Of a stretch of DNA of 28,220 bases, positions 7,911-16,229 are shown piece after piece. Each line of letters starts with the position of its first letter. The stretch's first letter is position 1. A program made the translations under genes and the position numbers. Below the pieces are notes generated by a model that was not told where the DNA came from, did no database searches, and saw only the letters and a list, made by a program, of their open reading frames with translations. The DNA is from a virus (Duplodnaviria; Caudoviricetes): the IMG/VR virus record IMGVR_UViG_3300020044_001006, positions 1 to 28,220 of that record. One strand, written 5' to 3'.

Positions 7911-7941
7911 AGTGTCTAGAATCGCTGAAAATGAAGTTATA
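7911..7941 (+). promoter_or_regulatory. Putative phage promoter, copy 2 (AGTGTCTA-N8-GAAAATGAAG-tTATA)
   Basis: Matches 3875-3905; upstream of the SSB start at 7978. Confidence 0.65.
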
Positions 7942-7977
7942 TTACTATACAAACCTTACAAAAAGGAAGACCCGACA

Positions 7978-8532
7978 ATGAGCAAACATACAATGGAAAT
8001 GATCCTTGAGTATGCAAAGATTTTCCCACAGAACGCAGATATGGGTAGCCCTACTGGTTCTAAAGCAGCTAAAGCTGTACACGATAAAGGTGGCCAGTAT
8101 ATTGTAAACGCCTACTTCACTTCCGAAGAACAAATCCAAGAGCTTGTGGAAGCTGGCCTTAACCTTAACCCAATGAACTCGCCCCGTATTATTGAGGGTA
8201 ATTCAGAGTTTGGGATCGGTAAGTTTATGAAGTTGAAGCGCGATGTAAAAGACAACATCAAAACCTTTGAGAACAAGGGTAAAGAAACAGTCGTCAACTA
8301 TGGTGGCCCTGTTGGCGTTGTCAACCTGACTAAAGGCACAGATAATAAGTCTTGGTGGTCTTTGGAAGAAGATGGCCTTATCGGAAATGGCACTCGTGCT
8401 ATGGTTCAGTTTGAAATGTATGCGGATGGTTCTGGTTTGCGTTTGAAGAACGTGGGGATCACAGAGCATGTACCTTACGAAAGTGGGAACAGCTATAATG
8501 CAGAAGCTGATGAAATGTTTAAAGTAGCGTAA
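7978..8532 (+). CDS. Probable single-stranded DNA-binding protein (T7 gp2.5-like position)
   Basis: Lies between pol and exonuclease; IGNGT...V..E.Y....RL..V pattern and acidic tail; SD AAGGA before ATG 7978. Confidence 0.65.
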   Translation: MSKHTMEMILEYAKIFPQNADMGSPTGSKAAKAVHDKGGQYIVNAYFTSEEQIQELVEAGLNLNPMNSPRIIEGNSEFGIGKFMKLKRDVKDNIKTFENKGKETVVNYGGPVGVVNLTKGTDNKSWWSLEEDGLIGNGTRAMVQFEMYADGSGLRLKNVGITEHVPYESGNSYNAEADEMFKVA

Positions 8533-8741
8533 TGCTAGATTGGGGTTCTAACATGAAAAAAGACGAACAAGACCTTGCAACAGTGATTGTCCTAATTATT
8601 CTGGCTATTGTTAGCCCAATTCTTACGTTGCTTGCACTAAATACTCTGTTTCCAGTTCTGGCAATCCCATACACATTTGGGACTTGGTTGGCTACTTCCT
8701 TCCTTATTTTGGTAATTCGAGCAAAGGTTAAAAAACAATGA
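8532..8741 (+). CDS. Small membrane protein (alternative start 8553)
   Basis: Two hydrophobic segments and a basic C-terminus. Confidence 0.65.
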   Translation: MLDWGSNMKKDEQDLATVIVLIILAIVSPILTLLALNTLFPVLAIPYTFGTWLATSFLILVIRAKVKKQ

Positions 8742-8938
8742 AACTTTCTATCCTAGCAGAGTTTGAAGAAGAACTCGATGGTCATACTGGTAAATTAGCT
8801 TTTACCCGTGATGAAGTAGAGACCCTACAAGACCTTGCCTATTTTTATCAGATGGCAGCAACTGCGGTTGGTTTTACCTATGTAGATAACGTAGGTATTT
8901 CTAAAGGGAATGGCGAAGAAGTTTGGAGTAGTTTCTAA
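8738..8938 (+). CDS. Hypothetical protein
   Basis: ATGA and TAATG coupling on either side. Confidence 0.7.
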   Translation: MKLSILAEFEEELDGHTGKLAFTRDEVETLQDLAYFYQMAATAVGFTYVDNVGISKGNGEEVWSSF

Positions 8939-9657
8939 TGGAAAAGAGTAGCAAGGGTCACGTTCTAGTAGATGGCGATATTGTGGCTTATAGAGCAGCC
9001 TTTGCTACTCAAGACCAACCATCAGAAGATGCTATTGCTAAAGTTGATGATCTTATGGAGTTTATCCTTGAGGCTACCATTGACATACCTTTTGTATCTT
9101 CTGATGATTATACCACTTACTTAACAGGTAAAGGTAACTTTCGTTTTGAAATAGCCAAGACCTTTGAGTACAAAGGTAATCGCAAGAGTGTAGAAAAACC
9201 AGTTCATCTGTCTTATTGCCGAGACTACATGATTGATCGTTATGATGCTATTGTAAGTGAAGGCGAAGAAGCCGATGATCTAATCTCTAAAGCTGCTGCA
9301 AGCCTTGATTATAACTGTGTTATCGCCTCTATTGACAAGGACATGCTTCAGTTACCCTGCTGGCACTTTAACTTTGGCCGTAATGAGTGGTCTAAGGTAA
9401 GTCCAGAGGAAGGCATGAAGTTCTTCTACACTCAAATCTTAACGGGTGATAGGGCTGACAACATTGGTGGTATTCATGGTGTAGGGCCAGTAAAAGCTAA
9501 TAAGATACTACAAGGCTGTGAGACTGAGGACGAACTGTGGGATGCTGTTGTAAAAGCCTATGAGGGTGATGTAGAGCATGTCCTAGAGAACGCTAGATTG
9601 CTTTGGTTACGTAGGTATGAGGGAGAGATTTGGTGTCCACCAGTTACAATGGCATAA
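8938..9657 (+). CDS. 5'-3' exonuclease (T7 gp6/FEN-like)
   Basis: DGDIVAY, NFR, YKGNR, EADD, DKD and GD.ADNI.G..G.G motifs. Confidence 0.92.
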   Translation: MEKSSKGHVLVDGDIVAYRAAFATQDQPSEDAIAKVDDLMEFILEATIDIPFVSSDDYTTYLTGKGNFRFEIAKTFEYKGNRKSVEKPVHLSYCRDYMIDRYDAIVSEGEEADDLISKAAASLDYNCVIASIDKDMLQLPCWHFNFGRNEWSKVSPEEGMKFFYTQILTGDRADNIGGIHGVGPVKANKILQGCETEDELWDAVVKAYEGDVEHVLENARLLWLRRYEGEIWCPPVTMA

Positions 9658-10022
9658 AGCATGGCTACCGATCTGGTCTAGAAGAAAAAGTATCTAAGCA
9701 ACTAGACGAATTGTCTGTAGAGTATGAGTATGAAAAACTAAAGATTGTCTACGAAGTACACGAAAAAAGAACATACACGCCAGACTTCAAGATACTAAGT
9801 AATGGTATTATTGTCGAGACTAAGGGAAGGTTCTTAGGTGCAGATCGAAAGAAGCATCTCTTAGTTAAGAAGCAACATCCAGAGCTTGATATTCGTTTTG
9901 TATTTTCTAATTCTAAGGCAAAATTGAGTAAAGGCTCACCTACCTCGTATGCTGATTGGTGCAACAAAAATGGGTTTAAGTGGGCTGATAAACTTATCCC
10001 AGAGGAGTGGCTAAATGAATAA
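9630..10022 (+). CDS. Endonuclease I / Holliday junction resolvase (T7 gp3-like)
   Basis: YRSGLE, YTPDF, ETKG, DRKKH, DIRFVF and Y..WC motifs. Confidence 0.93.
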   Translation: MVSTSYNGIKHGYRSGLEEKVSKQLDELSVEYEYEKLKIVYEVHEKRTYTPDFKILSNGIIVETKGRFLGADRKKHLLVKKQHPELDIRFVFSNSKAKLSKGSPTSYADWCNKNGFKWADKLIPEEWLNE

Positions 10023-10230
10023 TAGTCCCTACGGAAAAATACTTGGCCGCGTTAACGAAAGAGTAGCCCTAAAGGGTAATCCTTACACCCCGCAGGAGAT
10101 AGACGAACATGAGTGTGCAGAACGTATTTGGGCAACTATTGCTCAATGTAAGCAAGAGTTTGATGAAGCTGTCGATCTATCTTGGAAAAATGGGTATGAA
10201 TACGGAAAGGACGAGTACAAAGGATACTGA
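10015..10230 (+). CDS. Hypothetical protein
   Basis: SD GAGGAG; in operon context. Confidence 0.65.
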   Translation: MNNSPYGKILGRVNERVALKGNPYTPQEIDEHECAERIWATIAQCKQEFDEAVDLSWKNGYEYGKDEYKGY

Positions 10231-10468
10231 ACCAAATAGCCGTATCTTAATCTGGGATGTAATTGATGGCCCATTTAATCGGGAAGAATTTGATGAGTAC
10301 GACTTGCTTAACGAGGGGCTTCCAGACCATCTAAACTTCATGCTTGTTGTGTTGATCGAAGATGAAGGCGAACTTGAGAAAGTGGACTTTTGGTATGAGA
10401 CAGAAGAAGAAGCACTTGAAGTAGTCAAATACTTTAAGGAAAAGATTGAACCCTTGGGAGTAATGTAA
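10190..10468 (+). CDS. Acidic hypothetical protein (start uncertain, 10190 or 10196)
   Basis: Fills the gap before the phosphoesterase; composition is protein-like only in the 3' part of ORF 10109..10468. Confidence 0.65.
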   Translation: MGMNTERTSTKDTEPNSRILIWDVIDGPFNREEFDEYDLLNEGLPDHLNFMLVVLIEDEGELEKVDFWYETEEEALEVVKYFKEKIEPLGVM

Positions 10469-11248
10469 TTGACAAAGAAAACAGTTGTAGTCCTAAGTTG
10501 TGGACACTCTGATCCATCAGTGCCTAATGATCGTTATTCTTGGCTAGGGGATTTCCTGTATGATCTAAAGCCTGATTATGTAGTTGACTTGGGTGATGGT
10601 GCTGATATGAGGTCTTTGAATACCTACGATAGCAACTATCCAAAAGCAATTATCAATCAGTCATACGAGAAAGACATTGAGCATTACAACGATGCTATGG
10701 ATCGTATGCGTCATAAGTTCCGTTTTAATAAAAAGAAACAACCTTTCTATATTGGTTTTGAAGGCAACCACGAACATAGAATTAAGAAGGCTATAGCACA
10801 TGACCCAAGACTTGAGGGATCAAAATACGGGATTTCCTTCGGGCATCTTCAAACAGACTTCTGGTTTGACGAATACCACGAATACAAAAACTCCGCGCCA
10901 GCACTCGTGTCGTATGATGGTATTACTTACGGCCATTATGTTGCTAGTGGTAACGACAACAGGGCTATGGCTACTAAAAATCATGGTGGCTCTCTGGTAG
11001 AGAAATTGGCTTGCAGCATCACTGTAGGGCATACCCACAAGTTTGACTACCACTATAAAGGTGATGCTCGTCCTAACCCAATTCATGGCCTTGTTGTTGG
11101 TTGTTTTAAGGGTGCAGAAGAAAGTTGGGCTGGTCAAGCAAATCAGGAGTGGCGTAAAGGTTTTGTTATCAAGCGTGAAGTAGAGAATGGTGACTACGAT
11201 CTTGAGTGGGTGTCTATGGAAGCCTTGAGGAAAGAGTATGGGAGTTAA
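10469..11248 (+). CDS. Calcineurin-like metallophosphoesterase
   Basis: GD..D, GNHE, GH and GHTH motifs; the first motif is atypical (SCGH). Confidence 0.85.
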   Translation: MTKKTVVVLSCGHSDPSVPNDRYSWLGDFLYDLKPDYVVDLGDGADMRSLNTYDSNYPKAIINQSYEKDIEHYNDAMDRMRHKFRFNKKKQPFYIGFEGNHEHRIKKAIAHDPRLEGSKYGISFGHLQTDFWFDEYHEYKNSAPALVSYDGITYGHYVASGNDNRAMATKNHGGSLVEKLACSITVGHTHKFDYHYKGDARPNPIHGLVVGCFKGAEESWAGQANQEWRKGFVIKREVENGDYDLEWVSMEALRKEYGS

Positions 11249-11250
11249 AG

Positions 11251-11790
11251 TTGGGTAAACGCAGTGACTTTGAGAGGCTACCTCGTAGCTATTACCCAAC
11301 CCCAATAGAAGCTGTAGTTCCACTTATTGACCATCTTCCGTACACTTTTGATTATGTAGAACCTTGTGCGGGCGATGGTCGATTGGTTAAGCACATCTGG
11401 GATTTGACAGGCGGTCATGGTGAGTGCCTATATCTATCTGACATCGAACCACAAGCATCAGGTATTTACAAAGCAGACGCTTTAACACTTGATTTTGGTG
11501 GCTATGGTGTTGTAGATATGTGTATCACTAACCCACCTTGGGAGAGAGACTTCTTGCACCCATTTCTAGACCACTGGATTGACATTTGCCCTACTTGGCT
11601 ATTGTTCGATGCAGATTGGGCGCATACCAAGCAGTCTGCTGTATACATGACTTACTGTGCTAAAGTAGTTTCTATAGGTAGGGTTAAGTGGATCGAAGGT
11701 AGCAAGAGCGTTGGAAAAGATAACTGTTGTTGGTATCTATTCGATAGGAATAAAAGACACCAGACAGAGTTTTATGGAAGGACTATTTGA
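11251..11790 (+). CDS. DNA N6-adenine methyltransferase (orphan)
   Basis: YYPTP, SAM-binding EPCAGDG and catalytic TNPPW; TTG 11251 behind GGAG. Confidence 0.85.
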   Translation: MGKRSDFERLPRSYYPTPIEAVVPLIDHLPYTFDYVEPCAGDGRLVKHIWDLTGGHGECLYLSDIEPQASGIYKADALTLDFGGYGVVDMCITNPPWERDFLHPFLDHWIDICPTWLLFDADWAHTKQSAVYMTYCAKVVSIGRVKWIEGSKSVGKDNCCWYLFDRNKRHQTEFYGRTI

Positions 11791-12188
11791 TGATTACACA
11801 ACAAGACCTAGATGATATGGGGTATAACTATTACTCCGAAAATAAAGTCCCACCTAGTACGATGGATATGGTTAAAGAGTTTAGTCGTGTCCTAGGTCAA
11901 AAGCCTAGTGCTGCCCTTTATGCCACCTTAATTCAAGAGGAGTTTGATGAATGGCTTGAGGCAGATGCTTGGGAAGAAGATGACCTTAAGGAACTGGCTG
12001 ACTTGGTTTATGTAGTGTATGGTTATGCCAATGCTTGTGGTTACGATCTTGATGAAGCCATTCGCCGTGTTCATGCCAATAACCTTGGGCGTTGCGTACA
12101 ACCTGATGGCTCTATTCTTCGTCGTGAAGATGGGAAGATCATCAAGAATAAAAACTACCCTAAAGTAAAACTGGACGATCTTGTATGA
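11787..12188 (+). CDS. MazG/PRA-PH-like nucleotide pyrophosphohydrolase
   Basis: LIQEEFDE, KELADLVYV.YG, RVH..N and REDGKIIK motifs. Confidence 0.85.
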   Translation: MMITQQDLDDMGYNYYSENKVPPSTMDMVKEFSRVLGQKPSAALYATLIQEEFDEWLEADAWEEDDLKELADLVYVVYGYANACGYDLDEAIRRVHANNLGRCVQPDGSILRREDGKIIKNKNYPKVKLDDLV

Positions 12189-12391
12189 AACAGCTACTTA
12201 ACCAGAACTGGGTTATCCGTTGGCTACGTTATGTAAATACTTGGCGGGAACATCGTCGGATCATTAAAGAACTAAATGCTCTAGACGACAAGACATTGCG
12301 GGATATTGGCATCAATCGTTGTGACATCGACAGATTGATCTGGCTAGAATATGATAAAGAAAAACGAGGAAATACGAATAATGAAAAGTAA
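12185..12391 (+). CDS. DUF1127 small Arg-rich protein
   Basis: WR..RR...EL..LDD..LRDIGI.R.DI signature. Confidence 0.85.
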   Translation: MKQLLNQNWVIRWLRYVNTWREHRRIIKELNALDDKTLRDIGINRCDIDRLIWLEYDKEKRGNTNNEK

Positions 12392-14288
12392 CTACCTGCC
12401 AACAGACTATCAGTCCTTTATTGCAACATCACGTTATGCCCGCTGGCTTGATGAAGAAGGTCGTCGTGAGAACTGGGGCGAGACTGTCGGGCGTTATATC
12501 ACTAATGTAGTTGTCCCAAAGACCCGCGACGAAATTGTGGTTGAAGATATCGAACAGGCTATCCTTAATCTAGAGGTAATGCCTTCTATGCGGGCTGTGA
12601 TGGCTGCTGGTGAGGCTCTTGATCGTGACAACACAGCAGGCTATAACTGTTCTTACCTGCCTGTAGACGATCCACGATCCTTTGACGAGGCTATGTTTAT
12701 TCTGTTGTGCGGAACTGGTGTAGGTTTCTCTGTAGAGCGCCAATTCATCAGCAAGCTACCAGAAATCCCAGAGCAACTAAACACTGTCTCTGGTGTACGT
12801 ATCATGGTGGAAGACAGTAAAGAGGGTTGGGCAGATGCTCTGCGTAAGGTAATCTCTTACCTCTACGAAGGTTATATCCCAACTTGGGACGTATCAAAAG
12901 TCCGCCCTGCTGGTGCTAAGTTGAAGACCTTTGGTGGTCGTGCTTCTGGGCCAGCACCTCTGATCGACTTGTTCAACTTTGTTGTTAAGACTTTTGTTGA
13001 AGCTAAAGGTCGTAAGCTGTCCAGCATTGAGTGCCACGACATTATGTGCAAGATCGGTGAAGTTGTTGTAGTTGGCGGTGTTCGTCGTTCTGCTATGATT
13101 TCTTTGTCTAACTTGTCGGATGATCGTATGCGTCATGCTAAGTCTGGGGCATGGTGGGAAAATAACCCGCAACGAGCATTGGCTAATAACTCTGTAAGCT
13201 ACACTGAAAAGCCAGATGCTGTGTCTTTCCTTCGTGAGTGGGCAGCTTTGGTGGAGAGTGGTTCGGGTGAGCGTGGTATCTTCAATCGTCAGGCATCTAA
13301 GAAGCAAGCAGCAAAGAATGGTCGTCGTAAGACTGATTATGAGTTTGGCACTAACCCTTGTTCAGAAATCATCTTGCGCCCATATCAATTCTGTAATCTT
13401 ACCGAAGTCGTCATTCGTGCAACAGATACCCTAAAAGACCTAGAGAGGAAAGTTAAACTCGCTACCATCTTGGGGACTATCCAATCTACTTATACTAAGT
13501 TTCCTTACTTGCGGGATATTTGGACTAAGAACACAGAAGAAGAACGTCTGCTAGGTGTGTCTCTGACGGGGATCATGGATAACCCCCTAATGACTACAAA
13601 GAACGCTGGCTTGTCTCAAACCTTGGAGCATCTAAAGAATGTGGCTATTACTACAAATGCTGAGTGGGCTAAACGCCTTGGCATCCCTGTCTCTGCTGCT
13701 ATTACTTGCGTCAAACCATCTGGTACAGTATCACAACTTGTCGACTCTGCTTCTGGTATTCATGCTCGGCACTCAGCCTATTATATTCGCACTGTCCGTG
13801 GGGACAACAAAGACCCTCTGACACAGTTTATGAAGGATCAAGGTATCCCGTCTGAACCTGATGTGATGAAGCCTACGCAGACAACTGTGTTTAGCTTCCC
13901 CATGAAGGCCCCAGAGGGTGCAGTGGTTACGGCTGATCTTAGTGCTATCGACCAGTTGGAGATGTGGTTGGCTTATCAGCGTAGCTGGTGTGAGCATAAA
14001 CCTTCTGTCACGATCAATGTCAGAAAAGACGAATGGTTCGATGTAGGTGCTTTTGTCTATAAACACCTTGATGAAATGTCTGGCGTGTCTTTCTTGCCAT
14101 ACAATGAACACACTTATCAGCAGGCCCCTTATCAAGAGATTGACAAGGAAACTTATGATAAAGCTATGGCTCTAATGCCGAAAGACATTGATTGGGCTAA
14201 ACTTTCAGAGTATGAAGTAGAAGACAACACATCTGGATCACAGACCTTTGCTTGTGTAGGCTCTTGTGAGATTGTTGATGTGACGTAA
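12381..14288 (+). CDS. nrdJ: Ribonucleotide reductase, class II (B12-dependent, monomeric RTPR-like)
   Basis: PSMR, YNC, GTGVGFS, GGVRRSA, GTNPCSEI, TCVKPSGT and C-terminal ACVGSCE; no nrdB nearby; ATG 12381 behind GAGGA. Confidence 0.88.
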   Translation: MKSNYLPTDYQSFIATSRYARWLDEEGRRENWGETVGRYITNVVVPKTRDEIVVEDIEQAILNLEVMPSMRAVMAAGEALDRDNTAGYNCSYLPVDDPRSFDEAMFILLCGTGVGFSVERQFISKLPEIPEQLNTVSGVRIMVEDSKEGWADALRKVISYLYEGYIPTWDVSKVRPAGAKLKTFGGRASGPAPLIDLFNFVVKTFVEAKGRKLSSIECHDIMCKIGEVVVVGGVRRSAMISLSNLSDDRMRHAKSGAWWENNPQRALANNSVSYTEKPDAVSFLREWAALVESGSGERGIFNRQASKKQAAKNGRRKTDYEFGTNPCSEIILRPYQFCNLTEVVIRATDTLKDLERKVKLATILGTIQSTYTKFPYLRDIWTKNTEEERLLGVSLTGIMDNPLMTTKNAGLSQTLEHLKNVAITTNAEWAKRLGIPVSAAITCVKPSGTVSQLVDSASGIHARHSAYYIRTVRGDNKDPLTQFMKDQGIPSEPDVMKPTQTTVFSFPMKAPEGAVVTADLSAIDQLEMWLAYQRSWCEHKPSVTINVRKDEWFDVGAFVYKHLDEMSGVSFLPYNEHTYQQAPYQEIDKETYDKAMALMPKDIDWAKLSEYEVEDNTSGSQTFACVGSCEIVDVT

Positions 14289-14301
14289 TCATATTACAAT
14301 G

Positions 14302-14334
14302 CCTAGGACAGAATCAGCTTTTGTCCTAGGTTTT
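14302..14334 (+). terminator. Hairpin plus U-tract after nrdJ (terminator or mRNA 3' stabiliser)
   Basis: CCTAGGACA (14302-14310) pairs with TGTCCTAGG (14322-14330), followed by TTTT. Confidence 0.65.
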
Positions 14335-14337
14335 ATA

Positions 14338-14413
14338 CCGCCCTTAGCTCAGTGGATAGAGCAGGGAACTTCTAATTCTCAGGTCGGGTGTTCAAATCAC
14401 TCAGGGCGGGCCA
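14338..14413 (+). tRNA. tRNA-Arg(UCU)
   Basis: Acceptor CCGCCCT/AGGGCGG; D arm with GG and A20; anticodon loop CTTCTAA (TCT at 14371-14373); TTCAAAT T-loop; encoded CCA; 76 nt. Confidence 0.95.
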
Positions 14414-14433
14414 ACCAACACAAGGGATAAGAT

Positions 14434-14667
14434 ATGTACACAATTATTGGGCGTTGGGATTGCATTTGGTGTGATAAAGCAGCAAAACTATTAGAGATTA
14501 AAAATGAAGTCTATAAATACTATTTGTACCATGACCACCCACTAACTAAATTGTTGATGAAAGTAGCTAAGTTGAATACCCTACCGCAGATTTGGGATGG
14601 AGACCATTATATTGGTGGGTACGCAGAGCTAGAGGTATATCTTAAAGATAAAGAAAGTAAGCTATGA
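14434..14667 (+). CDS. Glutaredoxin
   Basis: CIWC, TLPQI and IGGY.EL motifs. Confidence 0.9.
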   Translation: MYTIIGRWDCIWCDKAAKLLEIKNEVYKYYLYHDHPLTKLLMKVAKLNTLPQIWDGDHYIGGYAELEVYLKDKESKL

Positions 14668-16229
14668 TCCCTGATAATGAAGCTCAAGGCTCTCGTAAAT
14701 CTACTCGTCGTACAACTAAATACAAGAACTCTGATGTAAAACTTACCTCTGGACTTGTTGCTAAAACAGCTAAACAGCAAGACTTAATCAATGCCTTGAA
14801 GTCTAGTACTCAAGTCTTTATCCTTGGCCCTGCTGGTTGCAAGAGTGGGGACACCATTGTCCATTACCGCAGAGGCAAACGTAATAGTAGCAGAAGTTTA
14901 ACTCTGAGGGAGTTTGTAGGGAAGTTTAACGGAGAGAAAGGGTACTCTGGTAGAGATTGGCAAGTAGATTTACCCACCTATGTTCAGTCGATAAATCAAG
15001 ATACAGGAGAGGTTTTTTACAATCTTGTAGAGGGAGCTTGGTACACTGGTAAAAAAGAGTCTGTTCGGATATGCACTGATAATTCAGGCCATGTGGATAT
15101 TACTACAGACGACAGCGTGTTGCTGGAAGATGGTACATTTAAGAAGGCAAAAGATGTTATGGTAGGCGACCGCCTGTTGTGTAAAGGCAGCATGAATTGC
15201 CCTAGTAGGGGGTCAAAACTTAAAGCTGAGCGCAACAAAAACAGAGTGGTGGTAGAAGGGCTTAAACACTACTCAGGTGGGTGGAACAAGTTTGTCGTAG
15301 AGGGAGATAAAACTTACTTATACAAAAGGAACCATAAGGCCCGTTTGGTAATCGAGGCCGACACAATGGGGCTAGACTTCGATCAGTATATCTATGACCT
15401 AAAGCACAACCATGTCCACCCTCATAAGTTTGTTTTGTCGAGTGATTTGGAGGTTCATCACATTAACGGGGACTGCTCTGATGACCGACTAGAGAATCTT
15501 AAGGTTATGACAAAGGCAGAACACGCTTCCCTGCACTCTGGGGACAACGTGAAAAACTTTAACAGAGACTTTATTAAAATCTCCACTGTTATATCTACCG
15601 AACCCCTAGGTGAAATTGAAGTTTACGATCTTACCATGCAAGCCCCTTGGCACAATTTTGTTGTAAACGATGGCATTATTGCGCATAACACGGGAAAGAC
15701 TTACGTTACAGCAACCTATGCCGCAGACCTATATACGCTAAAGAAGATTGATAAGATCGTTATTACACGTCCTATGGTCTCTGTCGGCAAAGAGTTGGGT
15801 TTTCTAAAGGGTGATCTACAAGAGAAGACTATGCCTTGGGCTTTACCTGTACTTGATGTCCTAGAGAAGCATCTTGGTAAGGGGGCAGTGGAAACTGCAA
15901 TCAAGAATGGTAACATTGAAATGGCCCCTCTGGCTCTTATGCGAGGTAGGTCTTTTGAGAACGCTTTTATTATTGTGGACGAGACACAGAACATCACTAC
16001 TCACGAACTCAAAATGTTGTTGACAAGGGTTGGTGAAGGCTCTACTATCGTTCTTAATGGTGATGTGCAACAAAGCGATCTTAAAGAGGCCGATGGTCTT
16101 ACAAAGGTTATTCACCTAGCTAAGAAACACATGCTTCCTGTCTCTATTGTAGAGTTTGAAGTAGGTGATATTATCAGATCAGACATCACTGCTATGTGGG
16201 TCAAAGTATTTATGGGAGAGAAACTATGA
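14664..16229 (+). CDS. phoH: PhoH-like ATPase precursor containing an intein (spliced product 237 aa)
   Basis: GPAG|TGKT, ITRP, LGFLKGDL.EK, APLALMRGRSF, DETQN, LLTRVG and GDVQQSD motifs. Confidence 0.93.
   Translation: MIPDNEAQGSRKSTRRTTKYKNSDVKLTSGLVAKTAKQQDLINALKSSTQVFILGPAGCKSGDTIVHYRRGKRNSSRSLTLREFVGKFNGEKGYSGRDWQVDLPTYVQSINQDTGEVFYNLVEGAWYTGKKESVRICTDNSGHVDITTDDSVLLEDGTFKKAKDVMVGDRLLCKGSMNCPSRGSKLKAERNKNRVVVEGLKHYSGGWNKFVVEGDKTYLYKRNHKARLVIEADTMGLDFDQYIYDLKHNHVHPHKFVLSSDLEVHHINGDCSDDRLENLKVMTKAEHASLHSGDNVKNFNRDFIKISTVISTEPLGEIEVYDLTMQAPWHNFVVNDGIIAHNTGKTYVTATYAADLYTLKKIDKIVITRPMVSVGKELGFLKGDLQEKTMPWALPVLDVLEKHLGKGAVETAIKNGNIEMAPLALMRGRSFENAFIIVDETQNITTHELKMLLTRVGEGSTIVLNGDVQQSDLKEADGLTKVIHLAKKHMLPVSIVEFEVGDIIRSDITAMWVKVFMGEKL
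14838..15689 (+). mobile_element. 284-aa intein with internal HNH endonuclease, in the PhoH Walker A motif
   Basis: Starts C(KSGDTIV) and ends VYDLT...HNFVV..GIIAHN, followed by Thr+1; internal EVHHINGD..D.RLENL......H. Confidence 0.93.

Noticed and set aside
7912-7977. GTG 7912 as the SSB start
   Set aside because: It runs through the promoter-like motif and lacks an SD; ATG 7978 has AAGGA.
6378-14388. Isolated CCCGAC/GTCGGG hexamers (6378, 12486, inside the tRNA)
   Set aside because: Several chance occurrences of a 6-mer are expected in 28 kb; these lack the SD/AUG context or clustering.
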